In this document: one piece after another, positions 1 to 11,587 of the stretch
Layout of the letters: every line of letters begins with the position of its first letter
Numbering within the stretch: the first letter of the stretch is position 1
The notes under the pieces: generated by a model
Databases searched by the model: none
What the model was told of the DNA's origin: nothing
Seen by the model: only the letters and a program-made list of their open reading frames with translations
Position numbers and translations under genes: made by a program
Assembly: GCF_003790525.1 (NCBI RefSeq)
Contig: NZ_CP033635.1
DNA length: 64,000 bases
Source: Escherichia coli
GTDB lineage: Bacteria > Pseudomonadota > Gammaproteobacteria > Enterobacterales > Enterobacteriaceae
Reading direction: 5' to 3' (one strand)

Positions 1-237
1 TATCTTTTATCCTGATTCGTAAGGGCTAAACAATAAATTCATTATAGTGATAATATTCATGCGATAATTTGTTTGCGGCGAGAGATAATTCGCTTTTAAC
101 ACCGAGCTTCTCCCGATAACCAGGATTAATCAGCGCAATTTTGATCTTAACCTGCCGCAAAACAACCGCGCTTCATGATACAAATGGATTCTCATTATCT
201 GAACAATACGCAGCACGTCTATGACAAAGGGCGAGTT

Positions 238-1008
238 ATGCAAACTGAGCAACAGCGAGCCGTAACACGGCTTTGTATCCAGTGTGGATTATTTCTTTTG
301 CAACATGGTGCGGAAAGCGCGTTGGTTGATGAGCTTTCCTCACGACTGGGTCGGGCGTTGGGAATGGACAGCGTCGAAAGTTCTATCTCTTCGAACGCCA
401 TAGTGCTGACAACTATTAAAGATGGGCAATGCCTGACATCTACACGTAAAAATCACGATCGCGGCATTAATATGCATGTGGTGACTGAAGTCCAGCACAT
501 TGTGATTCTGGCGGAGCACCATCTGCTGGATTACAAAGGCGTAGAGAAACGATTTAGCCAAATTCAGCCATTACGTTACCCAAGATGGCTGGTAGCCTTA
601 ATGGTTGGCCTTTCCTGCGCCTGTTTCTGTAAACTCAATAAAGGTGGCTGGGATGGTGCCGTCATCACCTTCTTTGCCAGTACGGCCGCGATGTATAACC
701 GCCAGCTACTGGCACAACGTCATCTTCATCCACAGATCAACTTTTGCCTCACCGCTTTCGCCGCCACCACCATTTCCGGATTGCTTTTGCAACTTCCCAC
801 TTTCAGCAATACCCCCACCATTGCGATGGCCGCCAGCGTTCTGCTGCTGGTGCCGGGCTTTCCGTTGATAAATGCCGTCGCCGATATGTTTAAAGGCCAC
901 ATCAATACCGGACTGGCACGCTGGGCGATCGCCAGTCTGCTGACACTGGCTACCTGTGTCGGCGTAGTAATGGCACTGACGATTTGGGGGCTACGCGGAT
1001 GGGTGTGA
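238..1008 (+). CDS. yjjP: YjjP, inner membrane protein (DUF1212 family)
   Basis: ORF 175..1008 translation recognised as K-12 YjjP; start placed at internal Met ([12 protein letters not shown]) to give the 256-aa length I recall; gene order matches K-12. Confidence 0.85.
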
Positions 1009-1472
1009 TCGAATTTCTGTTAGCGTTGGCGCAGGATATGATCCTCGCCGCCATTCCAGCGGTCGGCTTTGCAATGGTGTTCAACGTTCCCGTGCGGGCG
1101 TTACGCTGGTGTGCGCTGCTTGGCTCGATAGGTCATGGTTCCCGAATGATCTTAATGACCAGCGGGTTGAATATTGAGTGGTCAACTTTTATGGCTTCTA
1201 TGCTGGTCGGCACCATTGGTATTCAATGGTCGCGCTGGTATCTGGCACATCCGAAAGTGTTTACCGTGGCGGCTGTTATCCCTATGTTCCCTGGCATATC
1301 AGCTTATACCGCAATGATTTCGGCGGTAAAAATCAGCCAGCTAGGTTACAGCGAACCGTTGATGATTACCCTGTTAACCAACTTTCTTACAGCTTCATCG
1401 ATTGTTGGTGCGTTATCCATCGGTCTTTCCATTCCTGGATTATGGTTGTACCGCAAGCGCCCTCGCGTATAA
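999..1472 (+). CDS. yjjB: YjjB, inner membrane protein; overlaps yjjP 3' end
   Basis: ORF 984..1472; start set at [12 protein letters not shown] to give 157 aa; hydrophobic membrane protein; synteny. Confidence 0.85.
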
Positions 1473-1578
1473 AATTGCCTCGCTTAAGCACACGGATGAG
1501 AGACAGCCTCCTCTCCTCCGTGTGTTACTATAAAAGTTATCTCCCTTCTCGTTCATCGTTCCATATTTGAGAAACAGT

Positions 1579-2118
1579 ATGTCTTCCAGAGTTTTGACCC
1601 CGGACGTCGTTGGTATTGACGCCCTGGTACACGATCACCAAACCGTTCTGGCAAAAGCTGAAGGCGGTGTGGTTGCCGTATTTGCTAACAATGCCCCGGC
1701 GTTTTATGCTGTCACGCCTGCACGCCTGGCTGAACTGCTGGCGCTGGAAGAAAAGCTGGCGCGTCCGGGAAGCGATGTCGCTCTGGACGATCAACTCTAT
1801 CAGGAACCGCAAGCCGCTCCCGTTGCTGTACCCATGGGGAAATTCGCCATGTATCCGGACTGGCAACCCGATGCCGACTTTATCCGCCTGGCGGCGCTAT
1901 GGGGCGTGGCGCTAAGAGAGCCGGTGACCACCGAAGAACTGGCCTCATTCATTGCCTACTGGCAGGCGGAAGGTAAAGTCTTTCACCATGTGCAGTGGCA
2001 ACAAAAACTGGCGCGCAGCCTGCAAATCGGCCGTGCCAGCAACGGCGGACTGCCGAAACGAGATGTGAATACGGTCAGTGAACCTGACAGCCAAATTCCA
2101 CCAGGATTCAGAGGGTAA
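1579..2118 (+). CDS. dnaT: Primosomal protein DnaT
   Basis: ORF 1567..2118 (TTG-opened); in-frame ATG at 1579 gives [20 protein letters not shown]..., 179 aa, recognised as DnaT; immediately followed by dnaC. Confidence 0.95.
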
Positions 2119-2120
2119 CG

Positions 2121-2858
2121 ATGAAAAACGTTGGCGACCTGATGCAACGCCTGCAAAAAATGATGCCTGCCCATATCAAACCTGCGTTCAAAACGGGTGA
2201 AGAACTACTGGCCTGGCAGAAAGAACAAGGAGCGATCCGCTCCGCCGCTCTCGAACGTGAAAATCGGGCGATGAAAATGCAGCGCACCTTTAACCGCTCC
2301 GGTATTCGTCCACTGCATCAGAACTGCTCCTTTGAGAACTATCGCGTTGAGTGTGAAGGGCAGATGAATGCGTTAAGCAAAGCGCGCCAGTATGTCGAAG
2401 AATTTGACGGCAACATCGCCAGCTTCATCTTTTCTGGCAAGCCCGGAACCGGCAAAAACCATCTGGCGGCGGCAATCTGCAACGAACTGCTGCTACGCGG
2501 TAAATCCGTATTGATCATCACCGTGGCTGATATTATGTCGGCGATGAAAGATACCTTCAGGAATAGCGGTACCAGCGAAGAACAACTGCTTAGCGATCTG
2601 AGCAACGTTGATCTGCTGGTGATCGATGAGATCGGCGTGCAGACCGAATCGAAATACGAAAAAGTGATCATCAACCAGATCGTCGATCGCCGCTCTTCTT
2701 CCAAACGCCCAACTGGGATGCTGACCAACAGTAATATGGAAGAGATGACCAAGTTGCTGGGCGAACGCGTGATGGACCGTATGCGCCTGGGTAACAGTTT
2801 GTGGGTGATCTTCAACTGGGATAGCTACCGTAGCCGGGTAACGGGTAAAGAGTATTAA
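2121..2858 (+). CDS. dnaC: Helicase loader DnaC (AAA+ ATPase)
   Basis: 245 aa; Walker A GKPGTGKNHLAAAI, Walker B LLVIDEIG; start 2 nt after dnaT stop. Confidence 0.95.
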   Translation: MKNVGDLMQRLQKMMPAHIKPAFKTGEELLAWQKEQGAIRSAALERENRAMKMQRTFNRSGIRPLHQNCSFENYRVECEGQMNALSKARQYVEEFDGNIASFIFSGKPGTGKNHLAAAICNELLLRGKSVLIITVADIMSAMKDTFRNSGTSEEQLLSDLSNVDLLVIDEIGVQTESKYEKVIINQIVDRRSSSKRPTGMLTNSNMEEMTKLLGERVMDRMRLGNSLWVIFNWDSYRSRVTGKEY

Positions 2859-2906
2859 TCCCCGTTTCTGGCGGTATACTGCGACACAATTCCACCTTGA
2901 GTAATG

Positions 2907-3401
2907 ATGATGAAAACTGTTAAACATCTTCTGTGCTGTGCCATTGCCGCCAGCGCATTAATTTCCACCGGGGTGCATGCTGCGTCCTGGAAAGATGCGC
3001 TCTCCAGCGCAGCCAGCGAACTTGGCAACCAAAACAGCACGACACAGGAAGGCGGTTGGTCGCTCGCTTCATTAACTAGCTTGCTTAGCAGCGGGAACCA
3101 GGCCTTAAGCGCAGATAACATGAACAATGCCGCAGGCATACTGCAATACTGCGCGAAGCAGAAGTTGGCTTCGGTAACCGATGCCGAAAACATCAAGAAT
3201 CAGGTACTGGAAAAACTGGGCCTGAACAGTGAAGAGCAAAAAGAAGACACCAACTATCTGGATGGCATTCAGGGTTTGCTGAAAACCAAAGATGGTCAGC
3301 AACTCAATCTGGATAATATTGGAACGACTCCGCTGGCAGAAAAGGTGAAAACCAAAGCCTGCGATCTGGTGTTAAAGCAGGGGCTGAACTTCATTTCCTG
3401 A
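2907..3401 (+). CDS. yjjA: YjjA, secreted DUF2501-family protein
   Basis: ORF 2904..3401; signal-peptide-like N-terminus MKTVKHLLCCAIAASALISTGVHA; synteny. Confidence 0.85.
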   Translation: MMKTVKHLLCCAIAASALISTGVHAASWKDALSSAASELGNQNSTTQEGGWSLASLTSLLSSGNQALSADNMNNAAGILQYCAKQKLASVTDAENIKNQVLEKLGLNSEEQKEDTNYLDGIQGLLKTKDGQQLNLDNIGTTPLAEKVKTKACDLVLKQGLNFIS

Positions 3402-3654
3402 ACCGCGAAACGCCGCGTTTTAGCTGTTACCCGGCTGACGCGGCTCTCTCCTGCCCTTTTCCCTGCTCCTGGACGGTTTTACCCCTGTTACACGGGAAGC
3501 GACCGTAATCAAAAAAGTCTGTTTATAAACTAATTCCTAACAACATCGCATTTTTTTGACACTAGAATTGCAGCAATATGGCGACGCCATTACATTGTGC
3601 TTTTCAAAAAGCTTAAACGTTGGCTAAACGGCCCGGTTTAGTGAGGATCGCCCG

Positions 3655-5946
3655 TTGTCAGAACTACTCTCTTTCGCCCTTTTTCTCGCCTCTGTGCTGA
3701 TTTACGCATGGAAAGCGGGACGTAACACCTGGTGGTTTGCAGCCACGTTAACGGTGCTGGGGCTATTTGTCGTTTTAAATATCACCCTGTTTGCCAGCGA
3801 CTATTTTACTGGCGATGGTATTAACGACGCGGTTCTCTATACCTTAACCAACAGCCTGACCGGTGCTGGCGTCAGCAAATACATTCTGCCGGGTATCGGC
3901 ATTGTGCTGGGGCTGACAGCGGTGTTCGGTGCGCTGGGCTGGATCCTGCGCCGTCGTCGTCATCATCCGCACCATTTTGGTTACAGCCTGCTGGCACTCT
4001 TACTGGCGCTGGGTTCAGTGGATGCCAGCCCGGCATTTCGTCAGATAACGGAACTGGTGAAATCCCAGTCACGCGACGGCGACCCGGACTTTGCGGCTTA
4101 TTATAAAGAGCCGTCGAAAACTATCCCTGACCCGAAACTCAACCTGGTTTATATCTACGGCGAAAGTCTCGAGCGAACCTATTTTGATAACGAAGCTTTC
4201 CCGGATCTCACGCCTGAACTGGGCGCGTTGAAAAATGAAGGCCTGGATTTCAGCCACACGCAGCAGCTGCCAGGAACGGATTACACGATTGCGGGCATGG
4301 TGGCTTCTCAGTGCGGCATACCGCTGTTTGCCCCCTTTGAAGGCAACGCCTCCGCCTCTGTCTCCAGCTTCTTCCCGCAGAACATCTGTCTGGGCGATAT
4401 CCTGAAAAACTCGGGTTATCAGAACTATTTCGTGCAGGGCGCGAATCTGCGTTTTGCCGGTAAAGATGTGTTCCTGAAATCGCACGGCTTCGACCACTTA
4501 TTCGGCTCAGAAGAGCTGAAAAGCGTGGTGGCCGACCCGCACTATCGCAACGACTGGGGATTCTACGACGATACCGTTCTCGATGAAGCGTGGAAAAAGT
4601 TTGAAGAGCTTTCCCGCTCAGGTCAGCGATTCTCACTGTTTACCCTGACAGTCGATACCCATCACCCGGATGGTTTTATCTCGCGTACCTGTAACCGCAA
4701 AAAATATGATTTTGACGGTAAGCCGAATCAGTCATTCAGCGCGGTAAGTTGCAGTCAGGAGAATATCGCGACGTTTATCAACAAAATCAAAGCGTCACCG
4801 TGGTTTAAAGATACTGTTATCGTCGTCTCTTCTGACCATTTAGCGATGAACAACACGGCGTGGAAATACCTTAATAAACAGGATCGCAATAACCTGTTTT
4901 TTGTCATCCGTGGCGACAAGCCGCAGCAAGAGACGCTGGCGGTAAAGCGTAACACGATGGATAACGGCGCGACGGTGCTGGACATTCTCGGTGGCGATAA
5001 CTATCTCGGACTTGGTCGTAGCAGTTTATCCGGGCAGTCGATGTCGGAAATCTTCCTCAATATCAAAGAGAAAACATTGGCGTGGAAGCCGGATATCATC
5101 CGCCTGTGGAAATTCCCTAAAGAGATGAAAGAGTTCACCATCGACCAGCAGAAAAACATGATTGCCTTCTCGGGTAGCCATTTCCGTTTGCCGCTGCTGT
5201 TGCGGGTTTCAGACAAACGCGTGGAACCGCTGCCGGAAAGTGAATACTCAGCACCGCTGCGTTTCCAGCTGGCCGATTTCGCTCCACGCGACAATTTCGT
5301 CTGGGTTGACCGTTGCTACAAGATGGCACAACTTTGGGCTCCGGAACTGGCACTCTCCACCAACTGGTGTGTCTCGCAAGGGCAGCTTGGCGGTCAGCAA
5401 ATTGTCCAGCATGTTGACAAAACAACATGGAAGGGCAAAACGGCATTTAAAGATACGGTCATCGACATGGCGCGTTACAAAGGCAATGTCGATACGCTGA
5501 AGATTGTTGATAACGATATTCGCTACAAAGCCGACAGTTTCATCTTTAACGTCGCCGGTGCGCCGGAAGAGGTGAAACAGTTTAGCGGGATTTCTCGTCC
5601 GGAGTCGTGGGGCCGCTGGTCCAACGCTCAGCTGGGCGATGAAGTAAAAATCGAGTATAAGCATCCGCTGCCGAAGAAATTTGACCTGGTGATTACCGCC
5701 AAAGCATACGGCAATAACGCCAGCCGTCCTATTCCGGTACGCGTAGGCAATGAAGAACAAACCCTTGTACTGGGCAATGAAGTGACCACCACCACGCTGC
5801 ATTTCGATAACCCAACCGATGCCGACACGCTGGTAATTGTGCCGCCGGAACCTGTCTCAACCAACGAAGGGAATATCCTCGGACACTCGCCGCGTAAGCT
5901 CGGGATCGGCATGGTGGAGATTAAAGTGGTAGAACGTGAAGGGTAA
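3655..5946 (+). CDS. opgB: Phosphoglycerol transferase I (OPG biosynthesis), sulfatase-family
   Basis: 763 aa from TTG start; N-terminal TM helices then sulfatase-like domain; recognised as MdoB/OpgB; synteny. Confidence 0.9.
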   Translation: MSELLSFALFLASVLIYAWKAGRNTWWFAATLTVLGLFVVLNITLFASDYFTGDGINDAVLYTLTNSLTGAGVSKYILPGIGIVLGLTAVFGALGWILRRRRHHPHHFGYSLLALLLALGSVDASPAFRQITELVKSQSRDGDPDFAAYYKEPSKTIPDPKLNLVYIYGESLERTYFDNEAFPDLTPELGALKNEGLDFSHTQQLPGTDYTIAGMVASQCGIPLFAPFEGNASASVSSFFPQNICLGDILKNSGYQNYFVQGANLRFAGKDVFLKSHGFDHLFGSEELKSVVADPHYRNDWGFYDDTVLDEAWKKFEELSRSGQRFSLFTLTVDTHHPDGFISRTCNRKKYDFDGKPNQSFSAVSCSQENIATFINKIKASPWFKDTVIVVSSDHLAMNNTAWKYLNKQDRNNLFFVIRGDKPQQETLAVKRNTMDNGATVLDILGGDNYLGLGRSSLSGQSMSEIFLNIKEKTLAWKPDIIRLWKFPKEMKEFTIDQQKNMIAFSGSHFRLPLLLRVSDKRVEPLPESEYSAPLRFQLADFAPRDNFVWVDRCYKMAQLWAPELALSTNWCVSQGQLGGQQIVQHVDKTTWKGKTAFKDTVIDMARYKGNVDTLKIVDNDIRYKADSFIFNVAGAPEEVKQFSGISRPESWGRWSNAQLGDEVKIEYKHPLPKKFDLVITAKAYGNNASRPIPVRVGNEEQTLVLGNEVTTTTLHFDNPTDADTLVIVPPEPVSTNEGNILGHSPRKLGIGMVEIKVVEREG

Positions 5947-6083
5947 TTCCTGACTGATTTGTAGGTCGCATAAGGTGCGGCCTACACGCCTTCTCCGGCT
6001 TACAACACACTATTAAGAAACAAAAAAAACAGCGCCCAACACTTCCCCGGACGCTGCATGGCAACTTTAATAATCTCGCCTTA

Positions 6084-7106
6084 TCAGAAAGTAATTACAC
6101 CCTTAATCAACTCACGATTGTTAATCACATCACGTTCGTAGGTTTCTGCCAGCGTGGCGAACGGGTAGCGATGGGTTAACATCATGTCGGCAGTGATTTT
6201 CCCTTCCGCCATCAATCGACCGACTTTAGCGAAATCTTCCGGCGTGGCGTTGCGGCTGCCCATCATCGTCGTTTCTTTTTTATGGAATTCCGGATCGGAG
6301 AACTGCAACTCACCTTTAAACAGACCGACAAATACCACCGTGCCGCCGTGACGAATCAGATTTACGGTGTTATTCATCGCATGTTGATTACCTGTCGCGT
6401 CGATCACTTTCTGCGCCAGCGAACCACCAAACTGCGCCCGCAGCTGCGCGTCAAAATCTTCGGCTGACGGGTCCAGTACAGGTAATTCCAGACGCGTTGC
6501 CACATGTTCACGGCGCGCCGGACTGGTATCCGCCACTACCACCTGTGCGCCATCGGCTTTAGCGATTGCCGCCGCGCCCAGACCGATTGGCCCCGCCCCG
6601 ACCACCAGCACCTGCTCGCCGGGAGCAATGGCTGCACGACGCACCGCATGTGCGCTAATAGCGAAAGGTTCAATCAATGCTGCCGCCTGCGGGTCAATAC
6701 CGTCTGCGGGCAAAATGTTCGCCACCGGCACGCTCAAATACTCACTAAAACCACCATCCTGATGCACACCAATAACTGAAATTTTTTCACAGCAATTGGT
6801 ACGACCGCTTTTACATGCAGGGCATTGCTGACAGGCAACATAAGGGATCACAGCAACTTGCTGACCATTTTTAAGATCAGCAATATTTTTACCCAGCCCA
6901 ACAATCTCCCCACATATTTCATGGCCTAAAACACGTGGATAACTAAAAAATGGTTGATTTCCACCCCAGGCATGAATATCGGTACCGCAAATCCCGACAG
7001 ACTTAATTTTTATTAATGCTTCATTGTCACCCGGAATAGGTATCTCGCGTTGTTTCCAGACTAATTCTTTCGGCTGCTGGCAAATTAAATCATTCATCGT
7101 AGACAT
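6084..7106 (-). CDS. lgoD: L-galactonate-5-dehydrogenase, Zn-dependent MDR family
   Basis: ORF 6084..7121; internal start MSTMNDLICQQ gives 340 aa; zinc-ADH motif GHEICGEIVGLG, Rossmann VVGAGPIGLG. Confidence 0.9.
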   Translation of the reverse strand: MSTMNDLICQQPKELVWKQREIPIPGDNEALIKIKSVGICGTDIHAWGGNQPFFSYPRVLGHEICGEIVGLGKNIADLKNGQQVAVIPYVACQQCPACKSGRTNCCEKISVIGVHQDGGFSEYLSVPVANILPADGIDPQAAALIEPFAISAHAVRRAAIAPGEQVLVVGAGPIGLGAAAIAKADGAQVVVADTSPARREHVATRLELPVLDPSAEDFDAQLRAQFGGSLAQKVIDATGNQHAMNNTVNLIRHGGTVVFVGLFKGELQFSDPEFHKKETTMMGSRNATPEDFAKVGRLMAEGKITADMMLTHRYPFATLAETYERDVINNRELIKGVITF

Positions 7107-7244
7107 GATTCGGCTCTCCATTTTTTGTTGCCTTAGATATCAATGAAAATGAAAAATGGCAGCGGAACGGAAAATCTGTTTTGTGAAAACACACGCATAA
7201 AAATGTTTTAAATCGGGTTTTAATGGACTCACAAGGAGGAAAAT

Positions 7245-8159
7245 ATGAGTCGCTCACAAAATTTACGCCACAATGTGATTAACCAGGTCATTGATGATAT
7301 GGCGCGGGGTCATATCCCTTCCCCACTTCCATCGCAAAGTGCGCTGGCGGAAATGTACAACATCAGCCGCACCACAGTGCGTCATATTCTCAGCCACTTA
7401 CGCGAATGCGGCGTCTTGACGCAGGTTGGAAACGATTATGTTATTGCGCGTAAACCTGACCACGATGACGGTTTCGCCTGTACTACCGCTTCAATGAGTG
7501 AACAAAACAAAGTGTTTGAGCAGGCTTTTTTCACGATGATAAACCAGCGTCAGTTACGCCCTGGGGAAACTTTTTCTGAACTGCAACTGGCGCGGGCCGC
7601 GGGTGTCAGCCCGGTGGTTGTAAGAGAATATCTTTTAAAATTCGGCCGTTATAATCTTATTCAAAGCGAAAAGCGCGGCCAGTGGAGCATGAAGCAATTC
7701 GATCAATCCTACGCCGAGCAGCTGTTTGAGCTACGCGAAATGCTCGAAACACATTCACTTCAGCACTTTCTCAACCTGCCTGATCACGATCCCCGCTGGC
7801 TGCAGGCGAAAACCGTGCTCGAACGTCATCGGCTACTGCGTGACAACATCGGCAATAGCTTTCGCATGTTCTCGCAACTTGACAGAGATTTTCACTCCTT
7901 ACTGCTTTCAGCTGCCGACAATATCTTTTTTGATCAATCGCTTGAGATCATCTCAGTCATCTTTCATTTTCACTATCAATGGGACGAAAGCGATCTTAAA
8001 CAGCGCAATATCATTGCCGTCGATGAGCATATGACCATTCTCAGTGCTCTGATTTGCCGCAGTGACCTGGATGCCACCCTTGCGCTCCGTAACCATTTGA
8101 ATTCAGCTAAACAATCAATGATTCGATCCATTAATGAGAACACGCGTTATGCTCATTAA
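7245..8159 (+). CDS. lgoR: GntR/FadR-family transcriptional regulator of L-galactonate operon
   Basis: 304 aa; N-terminal winged HTH; divergent from lgoD; synteny. Confidence 0.85.
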   Translation: MSRSQNLRHNVINQVIDDMARGHIPSPLPSQSALAEMYNISRTTVRHILSHLRECGVLTQVGNDYVIARKPDHDDGFACTTASMSEQNKVFEQAFFTMINQRQLRPGETFSELQLARAAGVSPVVVREYLLKFGRYNLIQSEKRGQWSMKQFDQSYAEQLFELREMLETHSLQHFLNLPDHDPRWLQAKTVLERHRLLRDNIGNSFRMFSQLDRDFHSLLLSAADNIFFDQSLEIISVIFHFHYQWDESDLKQRNIIAVDEHMTILSALICRSDLDATLALRNHLNSAKQSMIRSINENTRYAH

Positions 8160-8373
8160 GTACGGATTAAAAACAGCAAACTATTAGCGGGTGCACGGTT
8201 TTATCAAAAGATAAATACCGGGAAAATCCCGCTTACCTATGCTCACAATCAGTCGACTAAAAATGTTTTTGTGAGCGGTAGTAAAGTCCTAAAACTTTAA
8301 CCTGCCGTTAATGTCAACCTTGCGTAATGCACAATTACGTAAACAATTAAAATTATAAATACAGGAGTCCGGC

Positions 8374-9735
8374 GTGGAAAAAGAAAATATCACCCTCGAT
8401 CCGCGTTCTTCATTTACTCCATCTTCGTCGGCAGATATTCCCGTGCCACCAGATGGATTAGTTCAACGCAGTACCCGAATTAAACGCATTCAAACCACCG
8501 CCATGTTGTTATTATTTTTTGCGGCGGTAATCAATTATCTCGACCGCAGTTCGCTGTCGGTAGCAAATTTAACGATTCGTGAAGAATTGGGATTAAGTGC
8601 CACCGAAATCGGCGCTTTGCTCTCCGTGTTTTCACTCGCTTACGGGATTGCGCAACTTCCTTGCGGCCCACTATTGGATCGTAAAGGCCCGCGCCTGATG
8701 CTGGGACTGGGGATGTTCTTCTGGTCACTGTTCCAGGCCATGTCTGGCATGGTGCACAGCTTTACGCAGTTCGTGTTGGTGCGTATCGGTATGGGGATTG
8801 GTGAAGCGCCGATGAACCCATGCGGTGTAAAAGTCATTAACGACTGGTTCAACATCAAAGAGCGCGGACGCCCGATGGGCTTCTTCAACGCAGCTTCTAC
8901 CATTGGCGTTGCCGTAAGCCCACCGATTCTGGCGGCGATGATGCTGGTGATGGGCTGGCGCGGGATGTTTATTACTATTGGTGTACTGGGGATTTTTCTC
9001 GCCATCGGCTGGTATATGCTCTATCGCAACCGCGAGCACGTAGAACTGACTGCCGTTGAACAAGCTTATCTCAATGCAGGTAGCGTCAATGCCCGCCGAG
9101 ATCCGCTCAGTTTTGCCGAATGGCGCAGCCTGTTCCGTAACCGCACAATGTGGGGAATGATGCTCGGATTCAGTGGCATCAACTACACTGCGTGGCTGTA
9201 TCTGGCCTGGCTTCCTGGTTACCTGCAAACAGCCTATAACCTGGATTTAAAAAGCACAGGGTTGATGGCGGCTATCCCTTTCCTGTTTGGGGCTGCCGGG
9301 ATGCTGGTCAACGGTTACGTTACTGACTGGCTGGTCAAAGGGGGAATGGCTCCGATTAAAAGCCGTAAGATCTGCATTATTGCCGGGATGTTCTGTTCTG
9401 CCGCCTTTACGCTGGTCGTACCGCAAGCGACAACATCCATGACGGCGGTTCTGCTGATTGGTATGGCACTGTTTTGTATTCACTTTGCCGGAACATCCTG
9501 CTGGGGATTGATCCACGTCGCAGTAGCTTCTCGCATGACTGCGTCGGTGGGCAGTATCCAGAACTTTGCCAGCTTCATCTGCGCCTCTTTCGCGCCGATC
9601 ATTACTGGTTTTATTGTTGATACCACCCATTCATTCCGTCTGGCACTAATCATCTGCGGTTGCGTCACTGCGGCGGGTGCACTGGCGTACATCTTCCTGG
9701 TTCGTCAGCCGATCAACGACCCACGGAAAGATTAA
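8374..9735 (+). CDS. lgoT: L-galactonate:H+ symporter (MFS, ACS family)
   Basis: 453 aa polytopic membrane protein; synteny with lgoR/lgoD. Confidence 0.9.
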   Translation: MEKENITLDPRSSFTPSSSADIPVPPDGLVQRSTRIKRIQTTAMLLLFFAAVINYLDRSSLSVANLTIREELGLSATEIGALLSVFSLAYGIAQLPCGPLLDRKGPRLMLGLGMFFWSLFQAMSGMVHSFTQFVLVRIGMGIGEAPMNPCGVKVINDWFNIKERGRPMGFFNAASTIGVAVSPPILAAMMLVMGWRGMFITIGVLGIFLAIGWYMLYRNREHVELTAVEQAYLNAGSVNARRDPLSFAEWRSLFRNRTMWGMMLGFSGINYTAWLYLAWLPGYLQTAYNLDLKSTGLMAAIPFLFGAAGMLVNGYVTDWLVKGGMAPIKSRKICIIAGMFCSAAFTLVVPQATTSMTAVLLIGMALFCIHFAGTSCWGLIHVAVASRMTASVGSIQNFASFICASFAPIITGFIVDTTHSFRLALIICGCVTAAGALAYIFLVRQPINDPRKD

Positions 9736-9744
9736 TCTCCCTAT

Positions 9745-9776
9745 GCCCGATAACATTTTGCTTATCGGGCATTTTT
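9745..9776. terminator. Bidirectional intrinsic terminator between convergent lgoT and tsr
   Basis: Inverted repeat gcccgataa / ttatcgggc with 8-nt loop, followed by T-run atttttat; lies between lgoT stop (9735) and tsr stop (9784). Confidence 0.7.
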
Positions 9777-9783
9777 ATGGCGA

Positions 9784-11448
9784 TTAAAACGTTTCCCAGT
9801 TCTCCCCGCTATCTGCCACGGCCATTTTACGCGGCGCAGCTGGCGTCACGGTTTTTACCACAGCCGATGTTTCACGCTGATGTTGCTGCTGTTGCTGAAT
9901 CCGGAACACTGCCACAGCTTCGGTCAGGCGACTGGCCTGCTCTTCCAGCGCGGCGGCGGCAGCGGCAGATTCTTCCACCAGCGCAGCGTTCTGTTGAGTT
10001 ACCCGGTCCATCTCAGCAACCGCTAATCCAACCTGATCGATACCACGGCTCTGCTCATCAGAAGCAGAAGCTATTTCGCCCATAATGTCCGTCACGCGGG
10101 TCACAGCGCTGACAATCTCTGCCATGGTTTCCCCGGCGCTTTCGACCAGCGTAGAGCCAACATCCACTTTGCCCACCGAGTCTTCAATCAGGCTTTTAAT
10201 TTCGCGAGCCGCCTGAGCGCTACGCTGGGCCAGATTACGCACTTCTCCCGCAACCACCGCAAAACCGCGCCCTTGCTCACCCGCGCGCGCTGCTTCAACC
10301 GCCGCGTTCAAAGCGAGAATATTGGTCTGGAAGGCAATGCCGTCAATTACGCTGATAATATCGGCGATTTTCTGCGAACTGGTGGAGATATCGCGCATGG
10401 TCTGCACCACGTTATCCACCACTTTGCCGCCGCGTTGCGCCGTTTCAGAAGCACTTAACGCCAGGTGGCTGGCCTGGCGCGCATTTTCGGCGTTCTGCTT
10501 CACCGTTGCGGTCAGTTGCTCCATGCTGGCTGCCGTCTCTTCCAGCGAAGCGGCCTGTTGCTCGGTGCGCGAAGAGAGATCGTTATTGCCGGTAGCGATT
10601 TCGCTGGCACCGCTATAGATGGCATTGGCCCCGTTGCGCACATCACCGACGGTACGCATCAGCTCTCCCTGCATATGGCGCAAACTCTCAGCCAGTTGCC
10701 CCATCTCATTAGAGCCATCCACCTCAATCGGTTTCACCAGATCGCCGCCTGCAATATGACGAATGCTGTCAATCAGGCGATTCATTGGCGCTACCAACGA
10801 GGCTTTAATACCGAACCAGACGGCGAAGATGACCGCCAGTACGACGATCATCACGCCCACCAGAATCCACATCGCCTGGCTGTAGGAGGCATTATTATCG
10901 CTGACGGCGATATCATAGAGCCGATCGTTTTGCTCCATGTAAGCCACATACTGCTTCTCGAAACCGTCCTGATATCCCTGGGTTGGCTGATCAAAGAACT
11001 CGTTGATTTTGCCTGCACCTAACAGTTGGATCAGCTCCGCCAGCGCATTGTGATAAATATCGTAATTACGTTTGATCTCTGCCGCTGCGGCGGTGCTCTG
11101 ACGCGGGTCACGCGGCAACGCTTCGTAATCCGCCCAGTTTTTTTCCGCCTGTTTCAGCGAAATACTGGCACTCTGCATCAGCTCAGCAACGGTTGAACCG
11201 CTACCAATATTATTCTGATCCATCATGTAGCGGATACCCGCGCGGTTGAGGGTGTTACGCGTCTGCAACAACGCGACCCAGCTGCCATTCAGCGTGGATT
11301 GCTGCTGGCGAATGGTTTGTAAAACAGTGAAATTTTCTTTGTCATTCTTTAAGGCATTAAAGAACAGACCGCCTGATGTCAGTTGTAAAAGGCCAAAAAC
11401 GGCCAAAACCAGCAGTAAGCTGGTCACGATCTTGATACGTTTTAACAT
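9784..11448 (-). CDS. tsr: Methyl-accepting chemotaxis protein I (serine chemoreceptor)
   Basis: ORF 9784..11463, start placed at MLKRIKIV (ATG at 11448); HAMP and MCP signalling domains, C-terminal NWETF pentapeptide. Confidence 0.95.
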   Translation of the reverse strand: MLKRIKIVTSLLLVLAVFGLLQLTSGGLFFNALKNDKENFTVLQTIRQQQSTLNGSWVALLQTRNTLNRAGIRYMMDQNNIGSGSTVAELMQSASISLKQAEKNWADYEALPRDPRQSTAAAAEIKRNYDIYHNALAELIQLLGAGKINEFFDQPTQGYQDGFEKQYVAYMEQNDRLYDIAVSDNNASYSQAMWILVGVMIVVLAVIFAVWFGIKASLVAPMNRLIDSIRHIAGGDLVKPIEVDGSNEMGQLAESLRHMQGELMRTVGDVRNGANAIYSGASEIATGNNDLSSRTEQQAASLEETAASMEQLTATVKQNAENARQASHLALSASETAQRGGKVVDNVVQTMRDISTSSQKIADIISVIDGIAFQTNILALNAAVEAARAGEQGRGFAVVAGEVRNLAQRSAQAAREIKSLIEDSVGKVDVGSTLVESAGETMAEIVSAVTRVTDIMGEIASASDEQSRGIDQVGLAVAEMDRVTQQNAALVEESAAAAAALEEQASRLTEAVAVFRIQQQQQHQRETSAVVKTVTPAAPRKMAVADSGENWETF

Positions 11449-11479
11449 GGTTTCTCTTTCCACTAGACAGATACACTGG

Positions 11480-11506
11480 TTGTCGGCCTGGTGGTGGAAA
11501 ACTTTA
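11480..11506 (-). promoter_or_regulatory. Sigma-28 (FliA) class-3 flagellar promoter for tsr
   Basis: Minus strand reads TAAAGTTT-N11-GCCGACAA (consensus TAAAGTTT-N11-GCCGATAA), about 32 nt upstream of tsr ATG. Confidence 0.7.
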
Positions 11507-11587
11507 TGCTGTGGAAAAGCGTCGGCACTGCTTTTGTTGCAGCAAACTTGCGTTTTTTGTGAGGGTCACACTCTATAGCGGCAGTTT

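Noticed and set aside
605-868. 87-aa ORF in alternative + frame (Pro/Cys/Trp-rich)
   Set aside because: Embedded in yjjP in another frame; composition atypical of a real protein.
4069-4636. Two overlapping minus-strand ORFs (142 and 128 aa)
   Set aside because: Lie inside opgB on the opposite strand; Arg-rich composition and no start context; spurious.
5950-6000. Palindromic tgtaggtcgcataaggtgcggcctaca after opgB, REP-like
   Set aside because: Only a partial match to the REP consensus; could simply be a terminator hairpin for opgB/lgoD, so not called as a repeat feature.
10465-11022. 185-aa + strand ORF
   Set aside because: Antisense to tsr coding region; no independent support.
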